Positions 57,601 through 64,000 of a stretch of 64,000 nucleotides of DNA are shown in pieces (within the stretch, counting starts at the first letter, position 1; each line of letters opens with the position of its first letter). The translations under genes were made by a program, and so were the position numbers. Under the pieces are notes generated by a model. The model did not search any database and had not been told where the DNA came from. It saw only the letters and a program-made list of their open reading frames with translations. This DNA is from a virus. Location: IMG/VR virus record IMGVR_UViG_3300020385_000008, positions 33,657 through 97,656 of that record; one strand, 5' to 3'.

Positions 57601-60600
57601 AGCAAAGTATGCATACACGCCATCAGGGAATTCGGGAGTAGAACAGTATCTACCATTATACTCATCTAGGTCTCCTCCATCAACATACTTATAGTCTTCG
57701 GTAAAGAAGCCAGCTGGATAAGATTGTTGTCTTGGTCGTCCAAATACATCCTCAGGGGCTAAAATATATGCGGTCTCCATAGCTCTAATACCAGAGTTAG
57801 TATCTCTGGGATCAGAATAGCCAAAACCACCATAAATTGGGTTACCATCATTAGCCCAACCAATGATAGGGGAATGAATGTTACCATCGTCATTATATAC
57901 ATCTTCTCTTAACTTTCTATCATAGGCTACAATTCTATAGTTGTTCTGACTTAGAACCTCAAATCCAAACCTAGCATATAAGTTAATTGTTAAGTCTCTA
58001 ATCCTAGGAATAATGATAGCATCTTTACCTGGATCAACCACTTTAATTTTTGTAGTGGTTTCTCCATAGCTGATACCAGGATTAATGATAATGACCTCTT
58101 CAATTTTACCATCAACAACAATAGCCCTTAACTTACCACCAACACCACTATCAGATGAATCTTCAATAATTAGATTTGGACTATCCGCATACTCTTTACC
58201 AGAATTTAAAATTTGAATTCCAGTAATCCTACCTTCAACAATTGATGGTACGATAGCAGCACCAGTTCCAGATGATAATTCAACATTTGGAGTTTTTTGG
58301 AAGTTTGTGATGTCACTACCATAGTAGCCACCGTCATTAGTGTAAACTTGCTCAATAGATCCTCTAATAACTGGAGTAGCTTTAACTTCTCCACTAAAAG
58401 TACTAGCATAAGAAACAACAACTTCGGTTGTAATATCTGGATACTTAATATTGTGCTTACCAGTTCCCTCACTGGTTAAATCAACAAACTCCAATCTTTC
58501 ATAGTTACTGCTAATAGTAGCACCAATACCTGCATCAGACAACTTAAGAATATTGTCATCTACTTTATAAACGTAGTATTGATTTGAAGTTGATAGCCCA
58601 CCAATTGGGATCCCAGTAGTACCATACTCAACAATATCACCACTCTCAAAACCGTGCTCAAAATATCTAATTTCATCATACGCAGTAAAGACGTTTGATG
58701 GCTCAAACTCCATATTTCTATAATAGAAAAAACCACCATCATCGGAGATAGTAGCTCCAATAATTGTATTTTTCCTTAATGTGTCAAATGATTGAATACC
58801 ATAACCATTTAAGTTTTGTGAGAGGTATACTGGATCACCGCCACTCTTTAGTTTATCTAGAGTTTCGTATAATCTAACTGTTCTTATATTTAAGACTTCA
58901 ACATAGTAAATACCACCATTAGACAGTGTAGTTCCAGTACTAATTGCTGGTACAGCATTTTTTGAGGTACCAATACTTTTTGCGCCTTTATTGTTATAGA
59001 CAACAGCATCTCCATCAGACAAGTTATGGGGTACCTGGAATAAAATACTATCGTCAGTATAATTAACACCCCCACCAAGTTCAGTAACTCTACTGTCAAA
59101 AGGAATAATTCTATTTTGCCTGTCAACAACAGGGATTGCTGTAGCACCTCTACTATTACCACCGCGCACAGTAATACTGAATGCTTGATCAATATCAAAA
59201 TCTTGTGGGTCAATTACAATTTCCTCTAGCTTCCCTTTAACTACAGGAGTACCAAAAGCTCTAGTAGGAACAACAGGAGGGGCTACTAACTCATAGATTA
59301 ATACATCGGGTTCTGCAATTTCAACTTTTGGTGGAGTAATTACACTGTAACCTTCTCCCCGTGCGACCGCATCTAATTTCTCAATAGGTCCCAAATATAC
59401 TTTATCGGGGGACTTATATGATACAATCTCCACACCATTAGTAAGTACGGCGATAGCACCAGGTCTAGTGGGCTCTGGCTCTCTATCAATAGAAATTAAA
59501 GTATCAGATACTGGAATTTTTCTGAATACTCGCTTTGTAGTAATTTGGCGAGTTTTCTGACTCTCCAATGTGAAGAAATGCGTTCCAATTCCAGTAGTCT
59601 CGGTAAAGCCAACAAAACTTGTACTGCCAATAAAAGATGGAGACACATATAATTTAATTTTTCTCCTATCCTCTAGAATCTGAACATAATACTCACCAAT
59701 ATCAATTAGTGGAACAGTATCCTTACTGACAGTATATGAGATCAAATCTCCCGTATAGAACTGAACTTCTTCTGGAAAAACGAGAGTGGAGTACTCATTA
59801 GTAAAGCTATTAAAATCTTCAAAGCTATCTGGAGTAGGATCGACTATCGTACTCTCAACGATGTTGGATGTGATTTCATATGATGGAAGTGAATTCGTGG
59901 CAACATAATAATTAGAATCAAACTCTCTAGCATCATACAAATTCAAGACATTAGATAGTACCGCATTGTTACCATAATCAATGGGTGTACCGGTGCTATT
60001 AGCATACTTCTGGTTTCTTCTAATATCAAGTGGTTGATTGGTGGGAACACCGAAAGTGTCATTAATAGTCACTGTAGAATTGACAAAATCAACGCTATTT
60101 ACAAGACGATTAGTGACATAAGCAATCTGACTACCACGTTGGAGAATATCTACAGTATCTCCAGGAGCAATACTAGCTTTATCTAAGTAATTAGCAGATA
60201 AGGTAAATTCTGTACCCTCAACTTCTCTTACCTCAAATCTTACACTGGTGTTGTAAATGAAGCTGTTGGCAATAGTTTGTGGAACTGTCTGTGTTCCTCT
60301 AACTGCAATAGGACCAAGAATATTTTCACCAAGAGTATCTACTCTAATTTTCTCTCCAATAAAGTTGAATGGAACTTCATTGTCAAATGTTAGGTCGGAA
60401 ATAACACCAGTCAGTCTTACAATAATTTCTTCACCATCTGAACTAGTTCCCCTTACAACAATATTGTCAATAATCTCATCTTTGATCGCTACAGTTTTTA
60501 AAGGATCGGAGCAGGTTACACCCAAGAACTGATTGACGCTCTTTTGCTCATATTCAAATTCAACACCATCTTTGGTAATAAACTTACCGTTATTGCGGAA

Positions 60601-61596
60601 ACCAATAGTACTATCTACTGTAATAGTAGTGTCGCCTGGATTCCAAGGTCTTTGAGTATATGATCTAGCCGGTACAGTGAATAACTTCTTCTCATTTCCA
60701 ATTTCATCATTGGATACGAAGAATAATATTCTGTAATATAAATTTTGATCTCTAGTAAAGGTCTCAATTTCAGAAACAGCGCCAAATACGCTTGGATTTC
60801 CTACTTCAAATATAGTTCTTCCTTGTAGCTGTGTGGGATTACCTTTAACTGGAATAGCAACAGCATAATCTCTTCTTGAGTATTCTGCGGTTGATGGTTT
60901 GATTAGAAAATTTTCTAGATCAACAACTCTAGGTGTCTCTCCATATAATACTTTAAATAGAATGACGATAGATTCTTCACTTCCTTTAGTTTGGAAGAAT
61001 GAACGTACATTTCTAATCCAGTTACCCGCATTAAGATCATCAGCAATGTCTAGATCCTCAAAGCCTGGAGCAAACGTAGCTTTAAGCTTATCAAAAAATG
61101 CCTTGAGGAATAGGACGCTTAAGTTCTCTACAGGTGCCCCAGCAAGGTGCGCAGAAGCCTCTGAAGTCTGGAATACTAACTCTTGAGGGGCACCATCAGC
61201 GTGAAGGTCTGTAATACCACTGAATCCCCTCACAACCCCAGTAAAGGTGTTGGTAGTGATACCAGTGTATGTCATTATCTCATTACCAACCTTTAGAAGT
61301 CCCCAGGATTCAGGAAAACTATTAGTTGTGGTTACATTAACAATATCCGATTCTGGTGTTATGCTTTCAGTTAGAGCATACGTACCATATAATGCTTGAG
61401 ATGATGTATTATTAATATCAAGGTACTGATCCAAATTTGTGGCAAAGTCCATTGGACCGCCCTGAAACTCCTGGGAGATATAGAATTGTTTTAAGAAGTC
61501 ATCAGTTAATGGTGCTTCACTTAAAATAAAACTAGGGAGTTGGGAAGAAACGATGTCCTGGATCTTCACTCTCACTTCAATACCAGTACCAATCAT
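48661..61596 (-). CDS. gp7: Baseplate wedge initiator (giant cyanophage form, 4311 aa)
   Basis: QLP.F, FLKQFY, FFQTKGS..S..ILFKVLYG, HSPIIGWA.DGNPIYG and YYQNLSYSIKS..HP.G motifs; between gp6 and gp8. Confidence 0.88.
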   Translation of the reverse strand: MIGTGIEVRVKIQDIVSSQLPSFILSEAPLTDDFLKQFYISQEFQGGPMDFATNLDQYLDINNTSSQALYGTYALTESITPESDIVNVTTTNSFPESWGLLKVGNEIMTYTGITTNTFTGVVRGFSGITDLHADGAPQELVFQTSEASAHLAGAPVENLSVLFLKAFFDKLKATFAPGFEDLDIADDLNAGNWIRNVRSFFQTKGSEESIVILFKVLYGETPRVVDLENFLIKPSTAEYSRRDYAVAIPVKGNPTQLQGRTIFEVGNPSVFGAVSEIETFTRDQNLYYRILFFVSNDEIGNEKKLFTVPARSYTQRPWNPGDTTITVDSTIGFRNNGKFITKDGVEFEYEQKSVNQFLGVTCSDPLKTVAIKDEIIDNIVVRGTSSDGEEIIVRLTGVISDLTFDNEVPFNFIGEKIRVDTLGENILGPIAVRGTQTVPQTIANSFIYNTSVRFEVREVEGTEFTLSANYLDKASIAPGDTVDILQRGSQIAYVTNRLVNSVDFVNSTVTINDTFGVPTNQPLDIRRNQKYANSTGTPIDYGNNAVLSNVLNLYDAREFDSNYYVATNSLPSYEITSNIVESTIVDPTPDSFEDFNSFTNEYSTLVFPEEVQFYTGDLISYTVSKDTVPLIDIGEYYVQILEDRRKIKLYVSPSFIGSTSFVGFTETTGIGTHFFTLESQKTRQITTKRVFRKIPVSDTLISIDREPEPTRPGAIAVLTNGVEIVSYKSPDKVYLGPIEKLDAVARGEGYSVITPPKVEIAEPDVLIYELVAPPVVPTRAFGTPVVKGKLEEIVIDPQDFDIDQAFSITVRGGNSRGATAIPVVDRQNRIIPFDSRVTELGGGVNYTDDSILFQVPHNLSDGDAVVYNNKGAKSIGTSKNAVPAISTGTTLSNGGIYYVEVLNIRTVRLYETLDKLKSGGDPVYLSQNLNGYGIQSFDTLRKNTIIGATISDDGGFFYYRNMEFEPSNVFTAYDEIRYFEHGFESGDIVEYGTTGIPIGGLSTSNQYYVYKVDDNILKLSDAGIGATISSNYERLEFVDLTSEGTGKHNIKYPDITTEVVVSYASTFSGEVKATPVIRGSIEQVYTNDGGYYGSDITNFQKTPNVELSSGTGAAIVPSIVEGRITGIQILNSGKEYADSPNLIIEDSSDSGVGGKLRAIVVDGKIEEVIIINPGISYGETTTKIKVVDPGKDAIIIPRIRDLTINLYARFGFEVLSQNNYRIVAYDRKLREDVYNDDGNIHSPIIGWANDGNPIYGGFGYSDPRDTNSGIRAMETAYILAPEDVFGRPRQQSYPAGFFTEDYKYVDGGDLDEYNGRYCSTPEFPDGVYAYFAGIAADQQSSAREPQFPYFIGPEFRDSAIEPSSTNIDQDFDVNDKPIFRNTFPYYVGSPFAGSEFLVQSYLFDTQDQIVESISPGEIDGIAIVGAGNSYGVGDIPIFDSSEDSVSSIVSQVVGFGISTIDEDTLSYSKLVTKVIRVDQSTVRIYVDPVHAYREGDSVIISGLTTFTSVIGGSRIVSIDNTSMSLYNPVPAAVSEGAIDIFVNYISSNVSVGSSLTIGSGNDIEEVSVLNIFPINKALRVYRSQATSTVAPIGARVFPIKNFFDIDVRTDEFESELNEDYFFNPRQTFSTASELGETTERIYSIGNINYEISIPAASIYAPSHQFRNLEKVTFIKPALGAPIQVRDNAGNIQIIPQIGDEETLYVHNVSKDLIGLRFSPEEEDLVILSDGSDLFRYNIITDRFAETANLDRIRSNITTIEPHQLENGDAVDVSVIPFGPAGIGSNSSIVVEFNEVSQSLIIDPEIALPADVDTSLNLITIENHGYILADYILYTAADTVISGLTNNGKYFVIPFDSDRFYVAQTEIDTKIGSENPIELNSQGVGNQVFAKVNPELNIISNHDINFDVSSPTLFGKELKFFYDQSLTEVFENNSIDRVFVVSGISTEGFPDGEKNIRYSTNNPGVIYYGLESGGYISTADTNAISYNSISYVNSTYSIRGTVTVEGDSVFSLSLPQRPEVSKYLPSQANLKYLTSSINTTGPVGTIRIISSGKNFDTLPEFITIQSPTGTNASLRASSSNIGEVSSFRIQNPGWAYSADRTIRPKGIVQPSIEFTDSDFITSIEVLNGGIGYQSDPDGVLIDSVTRDVINSGSIFVQTQSSKVVDVEIDVAPSGLSKNSHEFFTTNNSNGVPILQIINQVANQGTGFVDYLMQTPIAGYLDAPFEVGDKVFIENIFAINTAVQDTNMNSSEYGYTFFDVVAVQATNPVVIRVQYPDTNVGVAATFQNAFSSIVNKKIYPIFQVNQTTAVFIEGERLSLIDNGVVQETDLVVEESNTNFFKIKGNFNLLVGDSVRGNVSGVIATVTNIDKSFCRYKIETISRTSAGWSDAIGFLDDEFQVIPDNNYYQNLSYSIKSTINFEELIGPVNRLVHPIGLKNFSDTRIEAFGNAGFGTTAISTDTTLILDFIGLTDVARTPLRVDRINVFDLGYDDNVINNKTNAIRFNSAVPYKRLTDYIEVKTNRVLLIDNVSNDFIDSDNLRGQNEYIEFNVITDIFTAGIIQVRNPNTDEVQLSEIVSLTYDNKAFTMNKADVFDGDVPHGDFESKSLNNSDYSLRFTPAEPDTFDMDLKLLVQKFETNSLPPKQIGYVTLGGVISNVPPTTTQQIYAAPNTSVDAVALHVYALNGDGIPSYYEVYVVRIGSDTYSAIYSFDGTALQDVSEAGYQFTTNLGGGRIRVNVINPTDKILRIETKEIEFKPNASGDNPYPFKKDNIPLGSERGLNLLSNKVTGSTADASIDVLTLDPELFQTAKVVAYIQGSTLGAIHQIMIANSDGSSYTNAYPFLTEGDGADGEGGIGEFTAELIGPDWILKFKPDIGGNPVEPINITVYAEAFYRKYDTINYDPRPLLYQANQESYLLDLYNAPLGERTNKVRFPLNYNGIPIYEKIFDPVQVIDELNNIITITSHFFSPAEELYYIPGDSIDPSSATPIEIVPTVDYLGVTTDKLPPKVWSIKLDLNRFQLAATLQDAIDRTFISFVGFGSGNAHIIGMEKKLEKSLFTIDGVIQAPIATTNFEYELTNTINSEEEFLVLAGIGTLSSGDLLLIDEEFVLIDNVGFATSPLGPISNTGVIPLVKADRGVIGSAATSHPANSEMELYRGNYNIVASDIIFTAAPNGRGPQQPNENNLVVTNSTFQGRTFLQKNYDDIAVFDDISDQFNGNTNEFVLTSNGISTGGIENGGGCLVINDIYQTPSTDNNQGNDYFFTGAQQVIGYLWSDNTDAANADIGELRLSAGNANLGLNNIDANNVDRKNYFDSIDDGLIYDINVKFANGEFVYRGERLATLNTIKFVNGSIISGFLPPPGTISGSSIEVTFSPEIPKSTVVFTGITSENGQRVVSQFDVNQTQVPRGGLIVSLGSTPGLGYAPLYDAILEPEVSGGGIVGVFTDNTFGPATDVQWAEYDNQNGRLLVTAIGTNVTGLEPISGAIYFKESGRLIINTAQSLSGQNIRRGDIIQLSNILLSCSSGTAIYPDKESVFSVENIITDNTFSVNVGISTIDHTYVSGGNWQKFRPFEFGNELLNPSFVALNGLIFECPSGQTAGLTTTVFPVPGVDNVPVINRLDDAHFNLQVGLSTIVHNYVSGGIIGQITKNNVGSGYNTAVSIGVTEEGHTGVAASIRGVPGPGGELQIIVDNPGTGYVDPYIWAPSPSYFNLPIKTVFRRDGSITSGENLFITCDVGGARTTAVGRSDYFEVTGYEISNQGFGFAEGDIVEVVGLVTDKTLTQPFNPFQLNVLTIFTDNFAYWNYGQQDYIDSIKSLQDGTRTRFPLIYNGEQFSFEKDPEDEDSDAIDLSSILMIYVNTVLQTPNINYFFEGGTSFEFTQAPLPQDNIDIYFYRGKRGIDSATVTDVNETVRPGDQLQIRKNDVFEGSKTQDIRLVTEIASSDTARTNVYVGNNDIDDTNPRQVAWDKQKRDLFIYGQPIFKTRDSIESIIRPDPAILAPLTNTSSTFYIESAQLFRYEEDAFDSVTNLENIAGRIYSQPNIFTSSGTEFVPAEPVAVVNASGTVTGINFVNGNNGRGYPGNTKITIAPPNGPGNRATVGTISIQPITGEIAFVQVPFNNSGYDPAKPPTVLIEEPSIVYENKVKINGDFIRGYSSIITQIQGSNGSIRFFFRKIDQFELITSLFVGDYIVVSESVIGNGVEAIGQNILDVVGVGTQFLDCVYKVASVTYINSLEGFVDVNVRTNQSGVSGTGDQLGYMSFGAIGSVIRDFDVSIPFDIPNPTYTSDMINFPTLSRTKGGLRDRGGLAKRV

Positions 61597-61612
61597 ACTA
61601 AGATACCTGTTT

Positions 61613-63541
61613 TTACCTTGTTAATTTGCCGTTTCCGTAACTTGATGTTACTGGGAAACCAACGCCAGAGATCTGTTCACCACTGGCAATTGTATCCCTA
61701 ATCATATTTATAGGGCTCTGAGAAACATCAAACGAGACATAGAGATCTTTAAGACCAATAACATCATTAGACTGTGGAAATGCCTGTATCTCAATAATTT
61801 TATTATCTAGGTTTGTTGAAGCTATGTTTACCGTAAATAATTGTATCTCACCTTTGGTGTAATCAACAATACCTGCGTTTGAAACTACAGTTGTATAATT
61901 AGATTCTCCATCACTAGCATTAAGATTTTCACTAATGTATGATATGACACCTTTACCTGATCCGTCTAGCTGACCAGCAGCATCCGTATTTGGAATATCG
62001 GTAATAAAGAGATTTGCTGAATTTCCAGTAATCTTAAATCCACTACTCTTTATAGTTCCACCACCAGGAATAATATGGAACGCATTACCATAGCATAACT
62101 CATATTGAGCAAACTGATTTTCAGCAGCATTGAGATTTCTTCTAATAATAACTTTAGTAATGTTTGATGTTACTGCGGTTGAAGTGTCATCAATAACTTT
62201 CTGACATTTGGAGTATTTAAATCTACCGCCAAACTTATTAATATCAATAGAACCCGCATATGCGTTGAGAGACCGAATAACAGCAGTTTTCAAAGTATTT
62301 GCTGTAGTTGTTTTTGTAGTGTCATAGTAAACAGCACTATTAATCTCAACAAATAGAATTTTAAGATCAACAATCTGTTGATTGATCCCAGCAATTGTAT
62401 ATTGCTTCAATCCATCAAGAATGTTCTTCTTATCAAAGTCACTAACTTCAATACCATTGACAGGTTTGATGCTAATTAAGACATTGCCGAATTGTGGGGG
62501 TATTAGCTCTTCTCCACCCACCACAGAGATTGATTCTGTATTTGGATATAGCTGTTTAATGATGCCTTCATAGTCGCGCCCCGTCACAGCCCTGTATTGG
62601 GCTCCATAGACGCGGGGAGCATAGTATTTGATGGATTCTACACTCTCTACAGCGGCGCCGTTTCTAGCGGCTGTTATGGTAGTTACATCAACCACGTTTG
62701 ATGGCGAAACTGGATTACCAAGATCATCAACCAAAGAGCCAGAAAAGCTAAATTGGCTAGCTCCATCACCAGCTTTACCATCACCGATAATATAGGTGGA
62801 TTCAATTGTTTGATTATTGACTAGAGCTTTACCAAAAATATTATCTCCAAACAAAAGTTCATAATTTTGCTGGTTTACTTCTGCTAAGAAATAAACTTCA
62901 CTATTTTTATCAATTCTAATAATATTTTTTACTCTTTCCCATTGTTGACCCAACCCAGTATCATTCTCATCTCTCACTCTTACTATGAGTGTACTAAAAT
63001 CAACATCTGGATTATTAATAATGTATCTTTGGTTTAATGAGGTATCTACAGGAAATGAGGTCCTAGCAAATGTTCCCTGATAAATTGTTATTGGATCACT
63101 ATCTATACCAAACACAGCAACACCTTCATTCACAGTAGCTGTTATAGGCTCTGGAATGGAAAATACGTAACTACTGTTGTCTTCTGTACCAACGCAGACC
63201 AAACCAGCCTTCAAGGTCAACGTGGACGTGTTAGAGCCCGTGTCTACACTAAACGTAACCTGAGCTTGAGCGGATTTCTGTGATCTAGGCAAATATCCAA
63301 TGTTTCCCGCCAAAGAAACTACATTTCTACGGAGAGTGGCAGAATCCAAAAAGGATTCATTAACGATCATATTGGCATTCACTGAATTGATATAGGCATT
63401 GTATGCCAAAGTATCAATAAGGACACTAAAGTTGGATCCATCAAAATCAAACCCAGTAAAATTGGAGTTTGCTCTTAAATAGTCTTTAATAGACTCTCTA
63501 ATTTGATCATAGTCTAAATTTGTAAACTTAGTAAATGCCAT
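61613..63541 (-). CDS. gp6: Baseplate wedge subunit
   Basis: LDYDQIR, FDGSNFSVLID.LAYN, NESFLDSATLR.NVVS and QYRAVT..DY motifs. Confidence 0.95.
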   Translation of the reverse strand: MAFTKFTNLDYDQIRESIKDYLRANSNFTGFDFDGSNFSVLIDTLAYNAYINSVNANMIVNESFLDSATLRRNVVSLAGNIGYLPRSQKSAQAQVTFSVDTGSNTSTLTLKAGLVCVGTEDNSSYVFSIPEPITATVNEGVAVFGIDSDPITIYQGTFARTSFPVDTSLNQRYIINNPDVDFSTLIVRVRDENDTGLGQQWERVKNIIRIDKNSEVYFLAEVNQQNYELLFGDNIFGKALVNNQTIESTYIIGDGKAGDGASQFSFSGSLVDDLGNPVSPSNVVDVTTITAARNGAAVESVESIKYYAPRVYGAQYRAVTGRDYEGIIKQLYPNTESISVVGGEELIPPQFGNVLISIKPVNGIEVSDFDKKNILDGLKQYTIAGINQQIVDLKILFVEINSAVYYDTTKTTTANTLKTAVIRSLNAYAGSIDINKFGGRFKYSKCQKVIDDTSTAVTSNITKVIIRRNLNAAENQFAQYELCYGNAFHIIPGGGTIKSSGFKITGNSANLFITDIPNTDAAGQLDGSGKGVISYISENLNASDGESNYTTVVSNAGIVDYTKGEIQLFTVNIASTNLDNKIIEIQAFPQSNDVIGLKDLYVSFDVSQSPINMIRDTIASGEQISGVGFPVTSSYGNGKLTR

Positions 63542-63948
63542 TACCTAGTACTCGTTAAAATAAATGTATAATTTTGGGGTGGGAACTCTTCACCTACAAT
63601 ATTGTAAGCAACACTAACGCCTACTTCATTCTGATCTGTAAAAAGATCAACTTTAACCACTATATCATCAATTCTAGGCTCAAAGTTCTCCAAAGAAACT
63701 GTTATTTGGTCTTCAATGGCAAAGGCTGTAGCATAATTTGCGTTTTCAAACAGCTGACCTCTAACATCAGACCCAAAAAGTGGTTCAAAGAACTTTTCAC
63801 CAGGAATAGTTTCTACAATGTTGCGTACTGACTGCCTAATTGCTCTAGCATCTCTTAAAACACCAAGATCACCCGTTACTGGGTGAGGTAAAAAGGATAA
63901 ACTAATATCCTTGAATGACCTAGAAACGCGATTTACGTCAGCCATCAT
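63541..63948 (-). CDS. gp25: Baseplate wedge subunit (gp25/GPW family)
   Basis: FKDISLSF..HPVT.D, AI..SV.NIV.T..GE..F.P.FGS and FEPRI motifs; CATAAATA at 63969-63976. Confidence 0.93.
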   Translation of the reverse strand: MMADVNRVSRSFKDISLSFLPHPVTGDLGVLRDARAIRQSVRNIVETIPGEKFFEPLFGSDVRGQLFENANYATAFAIEDQITVSLENFEPRIDDIVVKVDLFTDQNEVGVSVAYNIVGEEFPPQNYTFILTSTR

Positions 63949-64000
63949 AAAAATACGACATTTATCAGTATTTATGTCAAAAAATTAGCCATAAAAAAGC

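Larger units (their letters stand above)
1..64000 (-). other. T4-like cyanomyovirus genome segment (virion structural module plus replication/recombination module)
   Basis: Syntenic T4 core genes gp25-6-7-8-13-14-15-16-17-18-19-20-21-22-23-3-uvsY-uvsW-55-47-46-45-44-62-regA, plus psbA, hsp20 and cobS; TATAAATA-type late promoters. Confidence 0.98.

Noticed and set aside
1-64000. tRNA genes, stop-codon reassignment, diversity-generating retroelement
   Set aside because: No cloverleaf seen in the short intergenic gaps; core genes are full length in the standard code with all three stops in use; no reverse transcriptase or template/variable repeat pair noticed (by eye only)

Overview
64 kb from a T4-like cyanomyovirus (T4 core genes plus psbA and hsp20; a Synechococcus-type host is likely but inferred). 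All credible genes are on the minus strand. In transcription order (64000 to 1): baseplate (gp25, gp6, a 4311-aa gp7, gp8, a 2390-aa VrlC-like virion protein), neck and tail completion (gp13-15), packaging (gp16, four small inserted ORFs, gp17), tail (gp18, gp19), head (gp20-23), gp3, uvsY, uvsW, gp55, gp47, gp46, then two accessory islands. Island 1 (about 9-16 kb) holds an unannotated His-rich peptide, a 2OG-Fe(II) oxygenase, a zincin-VWA 'CobT-like' protein, a translationally coupled FkbM methyltransferase / LOG phosphoribohydrolase / PKHD hydroxylase trio and the 'CobS' AAA+ ATPase. It is punctuated by three copies of a fused terminator-promoter repeat. Island 2 (about 3.1-8.2 kb) separates gp45 from gp44 and holds a PL10-type pectate lyase and psbA bracketed by near-identical terminators, a tail fibre with an S74 chaperone domain, a small membrane peptide and a pyrimidine-dimer-glycosylase-like gene. 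The window ends with gp44, gp62, regA and the 5' end of hsp20. I saw no tRNA, CRISPR array, intron or intein. Family assignments come from recognising motifs by eye; no database search was run.
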